DNA from: an uncultured Clostridia bacterium
GTDB lineage: Bacteria > Bacillota > Clostridia > Christensenellales > Borkfalkiaceae
Reading direction: 5' to 3'
Length of the DNA stretch: 64,000 nt
NCBI GenBank assembly: GCA_947090365.1
Contig: CAMUNT010000002.1
Span: 3,750 to 67,749 of the forward strand
Translations under genes and position numbers: made by a program
Notes under the pieces: generated by a model
Databases searched by the model: none
The model's input: only the letters and a program-made list of their open reading frames with translations
What the model was told of the DNA's origin: nothing
Shown here: positions 8,927-19,486 of the stretch, in pieces
Numbering within the stretch: the first letter of the stretch is position 1
How the letters are laid out: every line of letters begins with the position of its first letter

Positions 8927-9658
8927 ATGAAAAATTTGCTGAGTATTGTCGTAAGTTGCAACATCGGAGAAAAACACGTTTCCACACTTTACGATGGTAT
9001 AGAACTTATACATTCTGAAGAAAACGAAACAGAAAAAGAATTTATTTCGCGGGCAATTAAAAATGCAAACGGCAAGTATACCGTACTGCTTGAAAAAAAG
9101 TTTATGTTCGGCAATATTAATTCCCTTTTGAATATCCTTGACAAGAATTCAACGGATATGGTTTACTTTATGGGTGGAACAGCAATAAAAACCTCCGTCA
9201 TCAGAAATTGCGTTAAAGACTGTGCCGATATTTTTTCTTGCTTTATTCTTTCCGTTTTGAACTGTAAAACAATTTTGAAATCTGATTATGCACCTTTCGC
9301 CTTTACTTCAACAGAGTTTGCGTTTTCAGATGCGAATTTTTCGGGAATAATGATTTCCGCTGAAGCTTTCGGAGAAACAAAGGCTAAACTCTCTAAGGAT
9401 ATTTACTCCCATACTCTTAACGCATTATGCGCAAGGCTGATACAGTATTACCTTTACGCAATGATTGCTATAAGTGAGGATAAAATGGAAAGAGATTCGC
9501 TTGTTGCATTCGACAGCAGACTTAAAAGCGAAATTGTTTTATATCTTGCACTTGAAAAAAATTTTACATATGCAAAGCTTGAAAAACTGAGAAAAAAAAG
9601 ATTCAAAATTTCGCGGTTTACAGCTAAAAAATTCAAAAAAGCACTTCAATTGAAATAG
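8927..9658 (+). CDS. Hypothetical protein (243 aa). The N-terminus faintly resembles a glycosyltransferase-2 opening (LSIVVSCN).
   Basis: Clean ORF between a consensus promoter and a hairpin terminator. No confident family assignment. Confidence 0.6.
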   Translation: MKNLLSIVVSCNIGEKHVSTLYDGIELIHSEENETEKEFISRAIKNANGKYTVLLEKKFMFGNINSLLNILDKNSTDMVYFMGGTAIKTSVIRNCVKDCADIFSCFILSVLNCKTILKSDYAPFAFTSTEFAFSDANFSGIMISAEAFGETKAKLSKDIYSHTLNALCARLIQYYLYAMIAISEDKMERDSLVAFDSRLKSEIVLYLALEKNFTYAKLEKLRKKRFKISRFTAKKFKKALQLK

Positions 9659-9663
9659 AAATC

Positions 9664-9691
9664 ATACCCGCCAGTAAATACTGACGGGTAT
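9664..9691. terminator. Bidirectional hairpin terminator between the 243-aa gene and serS
   Basis: ATACCCGCCAGT-aaat-ACTGACGGGTAT (one mismatch), T-rich on both sides. Confidence 0.7.
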
Positions 9692-9696
9692 AAATT

Positions 9697-10989
9697 TTAT
9701 TTTTTAAGTTCTATCTTTGATTTACCACCCATATATTTCCTTAACACTTCCGGAATATATACGGTGCCGTCGGCCTGCAAGTGGTTTTCAAGGAACGCGA
9801 TAAGCATTCTGGGAGGAGCAACTACGGTATTGTTTAACGTATGGGCAAATTCGTTTTTGCCTGTCTTAGAATTTTTATATCTTATGCCGAGTCTCCTCGC
9901 CTGCGCGTCGGTCAGGTTTGAACAGCTTCCCACTTCGAAATATTTTTTCTGACGGGGACTCCACGCTTCAATATCGCAACTCTTGTATTTCAAATCCGCC
10001 AGATCCCCCGAACAGCATATAAGCTGGCGCACGGGAATTTCCATTGACACAAACAGTTCAACGGTGTAGTTCCACATTTTTTCATACCACCCGTCGCTCT
10101 CTTCGGGCTTGCAGATTACTATCATTTCCTGCTTCTCGAACTGATGTATGCGGTAAATGCCCCTCTCCTCGATACCATGCGCACCCTTTTCCTTTCTGAA
10201 ACAGGGCGAATACGACGTAAGCGTCTGCGGAAGGGATTTCTCCTCAAGCACAGTACCCATGAATCTGCCTATCATAGAATGCTCGCTTGTACCGATAAGA
10301 TACAAATCTTCGCCCTCTATCTTATACATCATTCCTTCCATTTCTTCAAAGCTCATAACGCCGGAAACCACGTCACTTCTTATCATAAAAGGCGGTATGC
10401 AATAGGTGAAACCCTTATTTATCATAAAATCGCGTGCATAGTTCAGAACAGCTGAATGAAGGCGCGCTATATCACCCGTAAGATAATAGAATCCGTTACC
10501 GCTGGTGCGCCTTGCAGAGTCAAGATCGATACCGCCCAAGCTTTCTAAAATATCAAGGTGATAAGGCACGTCAAAAGGCTTTTCTTTTGCCTCCAAAAAC
10601 ACCTTGCCCTGAACGTTAAAACTGTCGTCCTTGCCGAGAGGAACGTCGTCCGCAATTATATTCGGAATTGACATCATTGCAGTTTTGAGCTTTGCTTCAA
10701 TTTCCGCAGTATCCGCCTCTATTTGTGCAATGCGATCATTATTTTCTTTGGAAATGCGCTTTGCTTCCTCTGCTTCATCTTTTTTGCCCTCGCGCATAAG
10801 TGCGCCTATATTTTTAGCAAGCGTGTTACGCTGAGCCCGGAGATTATCCCCCTCTGATTGAAGTGCGCGTTTCTTTTTATCAAGCTCGATTATTTCGTCT
10901 ACGAGCGGAATTTTTTTATCCTGAAATTTCTTCCGAATATTGGCTTTAACAAGTTCGGGATTTTCGCGGATAAGATTAATGTCAATCAT
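9697..10989 (-). CDS. serS: Seryl-tRNA synthetase
   Basis: MIDINLIRENPELV N-terminal coiled-coil arm and class II core motifs. The ATG at 10989 is preceded by GGAGGA. The 19 extra codons in the ORF track are rejected. Confidence 0.95.
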   Translation of the reverse strand: MIDINLIRENPELVKANIRKKFQDKKIPLVDEIIELDKKKRALQSEGDNLRAQRNTLAKNIGALMREGKKDEAEEAKRISKENNDRIAQIEADTAEIEAKLKTAMMSIPNIIADDVPLGKDDSFNVQGKVFLEAKEKPFDVPYHLDILESLGGIDLDSARRTSGNGFYYLTGDIARLHSAVLNYARDFMINKGFTYCIPPFMIRSDVVSGVMSFEEMEGMMYKIEGEDLYLIGTSEHSMIGRFMGTVLEEKSLPQTLTSYSPCFRKEKGAHGIEERGIYRIHQFEKQEMIVICKPEESDGWYEKMWNYTVELFVSMEIPVRQLICCSGDLADLKYKSCDIEAWSPRQKKYFEVGSCSNLTDAQARRLGIRYKNSKTGKNEFAHTLNNTVVAPPRMLIAFLENHLQADGTVYIPEVLRKYMGGKSKIELKK

Positions 10990-11064
10990 TAGCAATTCCT
11001 CCAAAATGTGTATTGAAATTATACTGCAATTTTGCAGTATTTGCAATTAAATAGCTTTATTATC

Positions 11065-11093
11065 TTGAAAAAAATTTATATATGTGCTATAAT
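11065..11093 (+). promoter_or_regulatory. sigma-A promoter for the P-type ATPase gene
   Basis: TTGAAA (11065-11070), 17 nt, TG-c-TATAAT (11088-11093, extended -10). Confidence 0.55.
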
Positions 11094-11127
11094 GTTATCC
11101 GTAATAATTTTAAAAGTTGGTATTTCT

Positions 11128-13848
11128 ATGAGTAAAATTGTTTTTAAATCGAACAGTAAAGACAATAAAGACTTGAAAGACACTAGTGAAACCGCAAAGA
11201 CAGAACCTGTTGTAAGGGAACCCGTCACTGCAAAAAAAAGCAAAGTTTCAAAGAAAACTTCTACACGCGCAGAAGAAGAAACGGCGGTAACTGCCGAAAG
11301 TGCCGTTATTGAAACGCCTACTGTCGATCCGGCATCCGGCGAAGAAGTGTTCGACAAAGCAAAGATTATCAAATACTTTAAAAAGCACCCCAAGAAGGCT
11401 GTTTCAACCAACGTTGACAGATTTTCACCGAGACTTAATAAAGGACTTACTTCCGAGCAGGTCCAGACAAGGTTTACACAGTTTCTGTTCAACGATACTA
11501 ATAAAAAGTATTCCCGTTCGTATGCAAGCATTTTTATAGGCAATATTTTTACGTTTTTTAACTTGTTATGTCTAATTGCAAGTATCGCGCTTTTTATTTC
11601 AGGAACTAAAGGCATAACGAATTATCTCGTAATTTTTATAACTCTTGCAAATATCGGGATAGGTATAATACAGGAAATTCGTTCAAAGCTTTCTATCGAT
11701 AAACTATCGATTTTGGCTTCAAATTCCGTAAAAGTCATTCGCGACGGTGAAACAGTTGAAGTTCCCGTTACCGAAATAGTTATGGATGACGTTATTATAC
11801 TCGAACTCGGAAATCAGGTTCCTGCCGATTGTATCCTTGCGGAAGGTTCGGTTGAAGTTAATGAAAGTCTTTTGACGGGCGAATCGATTTCTATAAAGAA
11901 AAATATCGGTGACACGCTTTATGCAGGAAGCTTTATTTCAAGCGGAAACGGCAAATTCAGAGTTGACAAAGTAGGTAAAGAAACTTATCTTGAAAAATTG
12001 ACCTCAAAAGCAAAGAAATATAAAAAGCCGAAGTCAGAGCTTATGAACTCGACCAAGCTTATTATCAAAGCGATTTCTTTCCTTATTTTTCCCATAGCAG
12101 TATGGATGTTCTTTGTGGCAAAGGCAGACACCTCCACTATCCCAGACAACGTGACGGATTTCATTTTCTCGGCTAATATCAATTATGCGATACAGAGGAC
12201 CTGTTCGGTTGTTATCGGTATGATACCTTCTGGAATGTTGCTTCTGACAAGCGTTGCACTGGCTTTGGGTATCGTAAGACTTGCAAAAAACCAAACCCTC
12301 GTGCAGGATATGTATTCACTTGAAATGCTTGCAAGAGTAAACGTTTTGTGTCTTGACAAGACCGGAACGATAACGGACGGCAGAATGCGTGTAAACGACT
12401 GTGTGATTTTAAACACTGTTGGCGAATACTCGTTAAACGATATAATGGGCAGTATGCTTGCCGCATTGGACGACAATAATCAGACTTCTATTGCACTGCA
12501 TAATCATTTCGGAATAAGCAATGCGCTTACTCCCACCGCAACTATCCCATTCTCGTCAAAAATAAAGCTTTCCGCGGCTTCTTTCGAGGACGTAGGCACG
12601 TTCGTAATGGGAGCCCCGGAGTTTGTTTTAAAACCTTACCCGGCAAAGGTTGAAAAGATTGTAAAAAGCTATGCTCAGATGGGGCTCAGAGTTATTGTTT
12701 TGGCGTTCTCGCCGGTGCCAATCGTAGGAGATAAGCTCCCCTCCGTTTTGAAACCAGTAGCTGTAATTTCCATTGCAGACAATATCCGCGAGGATGCAAT
12801 CGAAACAATCGGCTGGTTTAATAATAACGACGTTGAAGTAAAAGTTATTTCAGGCGACAATCCGGTTACCGTTTGCGAGGTTGCTAAACGTGCCGGGATA
12901 AAAAATGCGGAAAAATATATTTCGCTTGAAGGTCTTAACGAAAAAGAAGTAGAAAACGTTGCGAATAAATACACTGTTTTCGGAAGAGTTACGCCTGAAC
13001 AGAAAGCAATTTTAGTGCGTGCAATTAAAGCCGAAGGAAACACCGTAGCAATGACGGGTGACGGCGTAAACGATATTCTTGCATTGAAAGAAGCTGACTG
13101 TGCAATTTCAGTTGCATCCGGCAGTGAAGCCGCGCGAAACGTAAGCCATATAGTGCTTATGGATAATAATTTCAATAATATGCCGAAGGTAGTTGCCGAG
13201 GGCAGACGGGTTATTAACAACATCAAAAACTCCTCCTCGCTGTACCTTATGAAGACGCTGTTTACTGCAATGCTTGCAATAATCTTCTGTGCAATGGGCG
13301 AGGCGTATATATTTATGCCGAAGAATGTTCTGCTTCTAGAAGTAACGGTAATTGCTATCCCCTCATTCTTTATTTCGCTTCAACCCAATAAAGAGCGAGT
13401 GCAAGGAAAGTTTATTACACACGTAATGAGCGGGGCCGTCGCGGGAGCACTTACGATGTTGCTATGCGTAATGGCTATGTATATCACAAACGTAGCAAAT
13501 GCCGAGGAATTCGGCCAACACTATAAAGCAATGTGTATGATGGCTCTTACGTTCTCAGGATTGGTAATGGTATACAGAATATGCCGACCGCTGAACGCAT
13601 ACCGCGCAGTGCTGTGTCTGAGCGTGCTTGCAGTTACCATAGTTTGCTATGCGGTTCCAGTACTCGGAAATATGTTCTATGACGGTTGGGATACACTGCA
13701 TTGGGACTATGCAAAAATACTGATAATCGTCGTCGTAATCGAAGCGGCGTTCCCCTTATCGGGCTGGATTACAGACCTTATGCATTTCATTCTGCCTTCC
13801 TCTACCGGGCGACACAAACAAAAGAAAGAAGAAGCACAAACTAACTAA
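11128..13848 (+). CDS. Cation-translocating P-type ATPase (P2/Ca2+-Mg2+-like) with a ~100-aa charged N-terminal extension
   Basis: DKTGTIT phosphorylation motif, TGES-like LTGESIS, and the TGDGVNDILALKEAD hinge. About 10 TM helices. Start set at ATG 11128 (MSKIVFKS...), downstream of the promoter. Confidence 0.9.
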   Translation: MSKIVFKSNSKDNKDLKDTSETAKTEPVVREPVTAKKSKVSKKTSTRAEEETAVTAESAVIETPTVDPASGEEVFDKAKIIKYFKKHPKKAVSTNVDRFSPRLNKGLTSEQVQTRFTQFLFNDTNKKYSRSYASIFIGNIFTFFNLLCLIASIALFISGTKGITNYLVIFITLANIGIGIIQEIRSKLSIDKLSILASNSVKVIRDGETVEVPVTEIVMDDVIILELGNQVPADCILAEGSVEVNESLLTGESISIKKNIGDTLYAGSFISSGNGKFRVDKVGKETYLEKLTSKAKKYKKPKSELMNSTKLIIKAISFLIFPIAVWMFFVAKADTSTIPDNVTDFIFSANINYAIQRTCSVVIGMIPSGMLLLTSVALALGIVRLAKNQTLVQDMYSLEMLARVNVLCLDKTGTITDGRMRVNDCVILNTVGEYSLNDIMGSMLAALDDNNQTSIALHNHFGISNALTPTATIPFSSKIKLSAASFEDVGTFVMGAPEFVLKPYPAKVEKIVKSYAQMGLRVIVLAFSPVPIVGDKLPSVLKPVAVISIADNIREDAIETIGWFNNNDVEVKVISGDNPVTVCEVAKRAGIKNAEKYISLEGLNEKEVENVANKYTVFGRVTPEQKAILVRAIKAEGNTVAMTGDGVNDILALKEADCAISVASGSEAARNVSHIVLMDNNFNNMPKVVAEGRRVINNIKNSSSLYLMKTLFTAMLAIIFCAMGEAYIFMPKNVLLLEVTVIAIPSFFISLQPNKERVQGKFITHVMSGAVAGALTMLLCVMAMYITNVANAEEFGQHYKAMCMMALTFSGLVMVYRICRPLNAYRAVLCLSVLAVTIVCYAVPVLGNMFYDGWDTLHWDYAKILIIVVVIEAAFPLSGWITDLMHFILPSSTGRHKQKKEEAQTN

Positions 13849-13910
13849 CACAATTTTAAAGCTTCGACATAAAGGTATCTGTTATATGGATTTCCTTGTT
13901 GGCAAAGAAA

Positions 13911-13947
13911 TAGCGCACTATCTTCGCTTGAGAAGTATAGTGCGCTA
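13911..13947 (+). terminator. Long hairpin downstream of the ATPase gene
   Basis: TAGCGCACTATCTTC-gcttga-GAAGtATAGTGCGCTA, followed by a short T-tract. Confidence 0.55.
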
Positions 13948-13995
13948 TACTTTATAAAAAAATATAAAGATAAATTGCAATTTATATTCTTAAAA

Positions 13996-14430
13996 TTATA
14001 AACCTATTTTCACCTCGTAAATTGTAGTTCCAATCAAAATAGCTACAATAACTAATTCTGCGCAAGAAAGAATAACTATTCCCTTGATGCGGTCGGGGAA
14101 AATTTTATCGGGATTTTCGGCTAAATATTGAATTTTATCGCCGACCCTGAATGTTATTCTTGTTATGCCACTTGAAACCGGCTCTTGAAAATAAGTTATA
14201 AATTCATCGTCGTCAACTATAATCGTTATTTCAAGCTTACCGGAATAAAATTTAACATTGCGGTCGGTAATACCGTTTATTTTAATAATTTCAGCGGTTT
14301 CATATTTTTCAAAAATACGATAGTGTAATGCCAACACTAAAAAAAACGCAGTAAACATTATAACCGAGCCAACTAACCAACAAATATATCTAAATGATAT
14401 TTTTCTTTTGTTTCCGTATTTGTCTATCAT
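13996..14430 (-). CDS. Small membrane protein (144 aa), DUF3592-like topology (TM, beta-rich domain, TM)
   Basis: Own promoter on the minus strand (TTGCTT, 17 nt, TG-c-TATAAT, around 14470-14500). Hydrophobic N- and C-terminal segments. Confidence 0.55.
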   Translation of the reverse strand: MIDKYGNKRKISFRYICWLVGSVIMFTAFFLVLALHYRIFEKYETAEIIKINGITDRNVKFYSGKLEITIIVDDDEFITYFQEPVSSGITRITFRVGDKIQYLAENPDKIFPDRIKGIVILSCAELVIVAILIGTTIYEVKIGL

Positions 14431-14564
14431 ATTTAATCCGTTAAATTACTGACTATAGTAGTTTCATTATAGCATACACCTACTAAAAAAGCAATGACTG
14501 ATTATCATCTTTACTCTATCCCTATTAAATACACCCTTATGCCGAAGCTTTTATTTTCAAAATT

Positions 14565-14600
14565 AAAACCGACGAAACATTAATTCCGTCGGTTTATTTT
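14565..14600 (-). terminator. gyrA terminator
   Basis: AACCGACG...CGTCGGTT stem with a T-run on the minus strand, immediately after the gyrA stop. Confidence 0.7.
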
Positions 14601-14603
14601 TTA

Positions 14604-17183
14604 TTATTCTTCTATTTCGTCAACACCGACGCCGTTATTTTCCTCTATTGCGGGAGGCGCTGCAGTGACTTCAGGCGCGGCTTCGGCAAGTGCTTCAGCT
14701 GCCTCATCTTCGTCTTTTGCGGTGAGAGCAACTGTTGCAACTACGCCTTTTTTAAGACGCATAAGCCTTACACCTTTGGTGTTTCTGCCGATATGTGAGA
14801 TGCTGTCACAGTGCATTCTGATAATAGTTCCGTTGTCGGAAATAAGCATTACGTCATCTGCATCGGTAACCTGCTTCATATTGACAAGGTAACCAGTTAC
14901 TTCGTTGAATATACCTGCCTTAATACCTTTTCCTGCTCTGCCCTGAACTCTGTAATCTTCGATATCGGTCCTCTTACCGTAGCCGTTAGACGTGACGGTC
15001 AGAACATCCTTACTTTCGTCTACGACGAGCATATCGACAAGGCAGTCTTCACTTGAAAGCTTCATTGCTTTTACGCCTGCCGTATCTCTGCCCATTGTAC
15101 GGATATGACGCTCATCAAATCGGATACATTTACCCGAACGCGACGCAATCATAATTTCGTTGTGTCCGGTTGTGAGCACCACTGACATTAAATCGTCGCC
15201 CTCGTTCAGTCTTATAGCAATTTTACCGTTTTTATTGATATGGTTGAATTCACTTAATCTGGTCTTTTTAATTAGTCCGTTGCGCGTAGCAAATGCTATA
15301 GTACCGCGCATATCTGACTGAACGGGCATAAGCGTATTAATTTTTTCGTCCTGTGCAATCGGAACTATATTTACAACTGCCCTGCCACGTGCAATGCGGG
15401 TTGCTTCCGGAATTTCATATGCCTTTATGCGATACACCCTGCCCTTATTCGAGAAGAGAAGAATATCGTCGTGCGACGAGCAAACGAACATTCTTTCAAC
15501 AAAGTCCTCTTCTTTGGGCTTGTGGGCCGTTATTCCTTTTCCTCCGCGGTTCTGTGCGTGGTATTCGGAAACGGGTAATCTCTTTACGTATCCGGTATGC
15601 GTCATTGAAATTACAACCTGCTCAATAGGAATAAGGTCAGCGTCTACGATTTCACCGTCTAGATCTACCGCAATTTCGGTCCTTCTTTCGGAAGGATATT
15701 TACGCTTAATTTCCAGAAGGTCGTTCTTTATAATATCGAGTACTCTGCTTTCATGAGAAAGAATATCTTTAAAGTCTGCTATCATAAGTTCAAGGCTGTT
15801 AAGTTCTTCCTTTAACTTATCGACTTCAAGATGCGACAGCCTGTATAAACGAAGCTCTGCAACAGCGTTAGCCTGTCTTTCGTCAAGTTCGAACTTAGCG
15901 GTAAGCTTCTGAACGCAGTCTGTCTTATCCTTAGCCTCACGACAAACCTTTACCACCTCGTCAATACTTGCCTGCGCAATAACGAGTCCGCGCAAAATAT
16001 GAGCTCTTTCCTCCGTCTTATTCAAATCGAACTTAGTACGGCGAATTATTATGTCTTTCTGATGTTCGAGATAATAATATATAAATTCTCTTAAATTAAG
16101 AATTTTGGGAGTACCGTCAACAAGCGCAAGCATGCAAAGTCCGTCGGAAATCTGTAAATTTGTATGCTTGTACAGAGTATTTAAAACCACCTGGGGATTT
16201 GCGTCTTTTTTAAGTTCGATAACTATGCGCATACCGTCCCTGTCGGACTCTTCGCGTATATCGGATATCCCGTCTATCTTCTTATCCTTAACCATATCTG
16301 CCATGCTTTCGATAAGCTTTGCCTTGTTGACCTGGTAGGGAATTTCAGTAACTACTATGCGGTTTTTGACTATGTTGCCACTTTTATATTCTTCAACTTC
16401 GCAACGGGAACGGATTATTATACTGCCTTTACCGGTTCTGTACGCGCGCTTGATGCCCTGTCTGCCCATAATAAGCGCACCAGTAGGAAAATCAGGCGCG
16501 GGAATATACTGCATAAGCTCTTCCACGTCGATTTCGGGATTGTCAATCATTGCTACGACGCCGTCGATTACTTCGCCTAAATTATGAGGCGGAATGTTGG
16601 TTGCCATACCTACGGCTATACCGTCCGAACCGTTTACAAGCATATTCGGGAAACGCGACGGAAGCACCGTAGGTTGCATACCGGTGTCGTCAAATGTCGG
16701 ATAAAAATCAACCGTTTCCTTATCAAGGTCGCGAAGCATTTCGGAAGAAAGCTTTGAAAGCCTTGCTTCCGTATATCTCATTGCCGCGGCAGGGTCACCG
16801 TCCACCGAGCCGAAGTTTCCATGTCCTTCGATAAGAGGAAAATTAATCGAGAAATCCTGCGCAAGTCTTACAAGCGCATCGTATACCGAACTGTCGCCGT
16901 GGGGATGATATTTACCTAAGCAATCACCGACTATACGTGCACATTTTCGGAACGCTTTATCTGAATATAAACCCAATTCGTGCATTGAATACAAAATACG
17001 CCTATGGACGGGTTTAAGGCCGTCCCTTACGTCGGGAATTGCACGCGACACGTTGACCGCCATAGCATAGGCTATAAACGATTTTTTAAGTTCTTCATCG
17101 ACTTCTACGTCTAAAAATTTAGTCATCGCAAGAGTTTTGACAAACTCTTCGGTAAGCTCGGCACTCGTTTCTTTTTTAGCCAT
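14604..17183 (-). CDS. gyrA: DNA gyrase subunit A
   Basis: [12 protein letters not shown], the active-site region [10 protein letters not shown], and C-terminal beta-pinwheel repeats. 859 aa. Confidence 0.98.
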   Translation of the reverse strand: MAKKETSAELTEEFVKTLAMTKFLDVEVDEELKKSFIAYAMAVNVSRAIPDVRDGLKPVHRRILYSMHELGLYSDKAFRKCARIVGDCLGKYHPHGDSSVYDALVRLAQDFSINFPLIEGHGNFGSVDGDPAAAMRYTEARLSKLSSEMLRDLDKETVDFYPTFDDTGMQPTVLPSRFPNMLVNGSDGIAVGMATNIPPHNLGEVIDGVVAMIDNPEIDVEELMQYIPAPDFPTGALIMGRQGIKRAYRTGKGSIIIRSRCEVEEYKSGNIVKNRIVVTEIPYQVNKAKLIESMADMVKDKKIDGISDIREESDRDGMRIVIELKKDANPQVVLNTLYKHTNLQISDGLCMLALVDGTPKILNLREFIYYYLEHQKDIIIRRTKFDLNKTEERAHILRGLVIAQASIDEVVKVCREAKDKTDCVQKLTAKFELDERQANAVAELRLYRLSHLEVDKLKEELNSLELMIADFKDILSHESRVLDIIKNDLLEIKRKYPSERRTEIAVDLDGEIVDADLIPIEQVVISMTHTGYVKRLPVSEYHAQNRGGKGITAHKPKEEDFVERMFVCSSHDDILLFSNKGRVYRIKAYEIPEATRIARGRAVVNIVPIAQDEKINTLMPVQSDMRGTIAFATRNGLIKKTRLSEFNHINKNGKIAIRLNEGDDLMSVVLTTGHNEIMIASRSGKCIRFDERHIRTMGRDTAGVKAMKLSSEDCLVDMLVVDESKDVLTVTSNGYGKRTDIEDYRVQGRAGKGIKAGIFNEVTGYLVNMKQVTDADDVMLISDNGTIIRMHCDSISHIGRNTKGVRLMRLKKGVVATVALTAKDEDEAAEALAEAAPEVTAAPPAIEENNGVGVDEIEE

Positions 17184-17194
17184 CTTATCCCTCC

Positions 17195-19120
17195 TTATAC
17201 GTCAAGCTCTTCAACAAGCTTAGCATTTTCTTCAATGAACTGTCTTCTGAGCTCCGGCTGTTCACCCATCAGCAATGAGAAGTATTTATCCGCCTCTACG
17301 GCGTCCTCAACGTTAATTCTGACAAGAGTACGCCTTGCGGGGTCCATAGTGGTTTCCCACAGCTGTTCTTTATTCATTTCACCGAGACCTTTATAACGTT
17401 GCAACTCGAATTTGCCCGGATGAGTATTCCTGAAATCTTCCAGTGCCTTATCGTCGTAAAGATAAGTATCGGGAATTCCTTTGCCCGAAACCTTGTAAAG
17501 AGGCGGTTGGGCGGCATATACGTGTCCGTTTTCAACCAAAGGGCGCATATAGCGGAAGAAGAACGTCAAAAGCAATATCCTTATATGCGAGCCGTCAACG
17601 TCCGCGTCGGTCATAATTATAATTCTGTCGTATCTTAATTTGCTTTCATCGAAATTTTCGTGAATTCCGCAACCGAAAGCCGTAATCATTGCTTTGATTT
17701 CCTCGTTGCTGAGGGCGCGGTCGAGTCTCACCTTCTCTACGTTGAGTATTTTACCTCTTAACGGCAAAATTGCCTGAAAGCGTCTGTCCCTGCCCTGTTT
17801 TGCCGTACCGCCTGCACTGTCTCCCTCAACGATATAAATTTCGCAAAGTTCGGGGCGCTTGTCGGAGCAATCTGCAAGCTTTCCGGGAAGCTTCGTGCTT
17901 TCAAGCACGCCTTTTCTGTGCGTTTCCTCACGGGCAAGCCTTGCCGCTTCTCTTGCGCGCTGAGCCGTAAGACAGCGCATAATAAGTTCACGCGTTTCGG
18001 AAGGATGTTCTTCAAGGTACATACCGAATTTTTCGGTAACCGCCTTTGCAACGAAACCTCTTACGTAGGTAGAACAAAGTTTGCTTTTTGTCTGACTTTC
18101 GTACTGCGCGTTAGCGATTTTTACTGATACAACCGCGGTTATACCTTCACGCACGTCGTCACCCGACAGCTTCATATTATCTTTAAGAATATTCAGCTTT
18201 CTGCCCGCATCGTTAATAACCTTAGTTAAAGCCGATTTAAATCCTTCGAGATGGGTACCGCCGTCCGGCTGGCGAATATTATTTGAGAAAGGGAAAATCT
18301 GTTCGGTATAACTGCTGTTGTACTGAATTGCGATTTCAAGGAATTTATCGTCACCCTCCGAATCTTCGAAATATACGGGTTTAGGGAAAAGAACTTCTTT
18401 GCCCTTATTTATATCCTGAATAAAGTGTACTACACCGCCCTCGTAACAGAAAGTATCCGAACGCACTTTTTCGCCACGCTTGTCCGTAAGCGTAAGCGTC
18501 AGTCCCTTATTGAGATACGAAAGCTCCCTCAAAAGAGTTTTTAACGTATCGTAATTAAATTCAATCGTTTCAAAAACGGTTGCATCGGGGTGAAAAGTTA
18601 TCGTCGTTCCCGTAAGATCGGTCTTAGCTACTGCCTTTAAAGGCTTTTCGGGCACACCGCAATGATAAACCTGCCTGTAAAGATGTCCGTTTTGAGCGAC
18701 TTCGGCAACAAGCGTATCGGAAAGTGCATTCACGCAAGAAACGCCGACTCCATGCAAGCCTGACGATATTTTATATCCGCCTGCTTTATTTCCGCCGCCG
18801 AATTTTCCGCCTGCATTCAGATTTGTCAAAGCAAGCTCGACTCCGCTTATACCCTCTTCCTTATTAATACCCGTAGGTATTCCTCTTCCGTTATCCTTAA
18901 CGGAACACGAACCGTCTTCGGTAATAACGACGTCAATCCTGTCGCAATAACCTGCAAGCGCTTCGTCAATGGAGTTATCGATAACTTCTCTGACAAGGCA
19001 GTGCAGACCTTTTTCGTCTGTCGGTCCGATATACATACCGGGGTGTTCCCTTACGGGTTCAAGCCCTTTAAGGGCTTTCAGACTGTTTGCGTCGTACTCA
19101 CGATTGATTTTATTAGGCAT
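17195..19120 (-). CDS. gyrB: DNA gyrase subunit B
   Basis: GHKL ATPase motifs ([17 protein letters not shown]), [18 protein letters not shown], and [11 protein letters not shown]. Confidence 0.98.
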   Translation of the reverse strand: MPNKINREYDANSLKALKGLEPVREHPGMYIGPTDEKGLHCLVREVIDNSIDEALAGYCDRIDVVITEDGSCSVKDNGRGIPTGINKEEGISGVELALTNLNAGGKFGGGNKAGGYKISSGLHGVGVSCVNALSDTLVAEVAQNGHLYRQVYHCGVPEKPLKAVAKTDLTGTTITFHPDATVFETIEFNYDTLKTLLRELSYLNKGLTLTLTDKRGEKVRSDTFCYEGGVVHFIQDINKGKEVLFPKPVYFEDSEGDDKFLEIAIQYNSSYTEQIFPFSNNIRQPDGGTHLEGFKSALTKVINDAGRKLNILKDNMKLSGDDVREGITAVVSVKIANAQYESQTKSKLCSTYVRGFVAKAVTEKFGMYLEEHPSETRELIMRCLTAQRAREAARLAREETHRKGVLESTKLPGKLADCSDKRPELCEIYIVEGDSAGGTAKQGRDRRFQAILPLRGKILNVEKVRLDRALSNEEIKAMITAFGCGIHENFDESKLRYDRIIIMTDADVDGSHIRILLLTFFFRYMRPLVENGHVYAAQPPLYKVSGKGIPDTYLYDDKALEDFRNTHPGKFELQRYKGLGEMNKEQLWETTMDPARRTLVRINVEDAVEADKYFSLLMGEQPELRRQFIEENAKLVEELDV

Positions 19121-19148
19121 TTTTCACCTCTGATTTTTCTTTGATTTT

Positions 19149-19177
19149 ATTATACCATATTATATAATTAAAAGCAA
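19149..19177 (-). promoter_or_regulatory. gyrB promoter
   Basis: Minus strand TTGCTT (19177-19172), 17 nt, TG-g-TATAAT (19154-19149). SD AGAGGTG lies before the ATG. Confidence 0.55.
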
Positions 19178-19238
19178 ATTTTTGGCGTGAAAATTGCCGT
19201 TTTTGAATTAAAATTTTTTAATTTTACATACTTATTTT

Positions 19239-19394
19239 ATGGAAAAATTTAACTGCAAAAATATGGCAAATTTCGACTGTTGCGAAGACTTTTTCGAGTG
19301 CGGAACGTGCGGAAACCACGTATGCAAAACAAAAGCCGAGCTATGGAGCAGAGTCTGCCCGCACTGTTTCGGAAGACTATACAGAATAAATTGA
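19239..19394 (+). CDS. Unannotated 51-aa cysteine-rich (zinc-ribbon-like) micro-protein
   Basis: MEKFNCKNMANFDCCEDFFECGTCGNHVCKTKAELWSRVCPHCFGRLYRIN. Eight Cys including two CxxC pairs. Below the 60-aa cutoff of the ORF track. It ends 48 nt before a bidirectional terminator. No SD. Confidence 0.4.
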   Translation: MEKFNCKNMANFDCCEDFFECGTCGNHVCKTKAELWSRVCPHCFGRLYRIN

Positions 19395-19442
19395 GCTTTC
19401 ATAAAAAACGATTTTGTTCTGTAATGTAAATTAAATTCTATA

Positions 19443-19486
19443 AAAGTAGCCCGATAACTTCATAATTGAAGACATCGGGCTACTTT
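19443..19486. terminator. Bidirectional terminator (small ORF / S2P-like protease gene)
   Basis: AAAGTAGCCCGAT...ATCGGGCTACTTT with an inner CTTCA/TGAAG stem. T-runs on both strands. Confidence 0.75.

Noticed and set aside
9697-11046. N-terminally extended ORF-track starts for serS (11046), the ATPase (11032), the polymerase (63683), aroE (42567) and the surface protein (2256)
   Set aside because: The extensions run into promoter regions or upstream genes, lack SDs, and add non-homologous residues ahead of conserved N-termini.
10990-11127. T-box leader upstream of serS
   Set aside because: Only ~75 nt separate the serS start from the divergent ATPase promoter. That is too short for a T-box, and no T-box sequence or specifier architecture is visible.
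11076-13226. Minus-strand ORFs (179, 65, 86, 97, 84, 183 aa) inside the P-type ATPase gene
   Set aside because: Shadow ORFs antisense to a gene with all P-type ATPase motifs. No SDs or promoters.
17195-19486. Replication origin near gyrB
   Set aside because: No dnaA, dnaN or recF adjacent, and no cluster of TTATCCACA-like boxes. The only near-match I noticed is a single TAATCCACA at about 33666, inside the 6S-like RNA.
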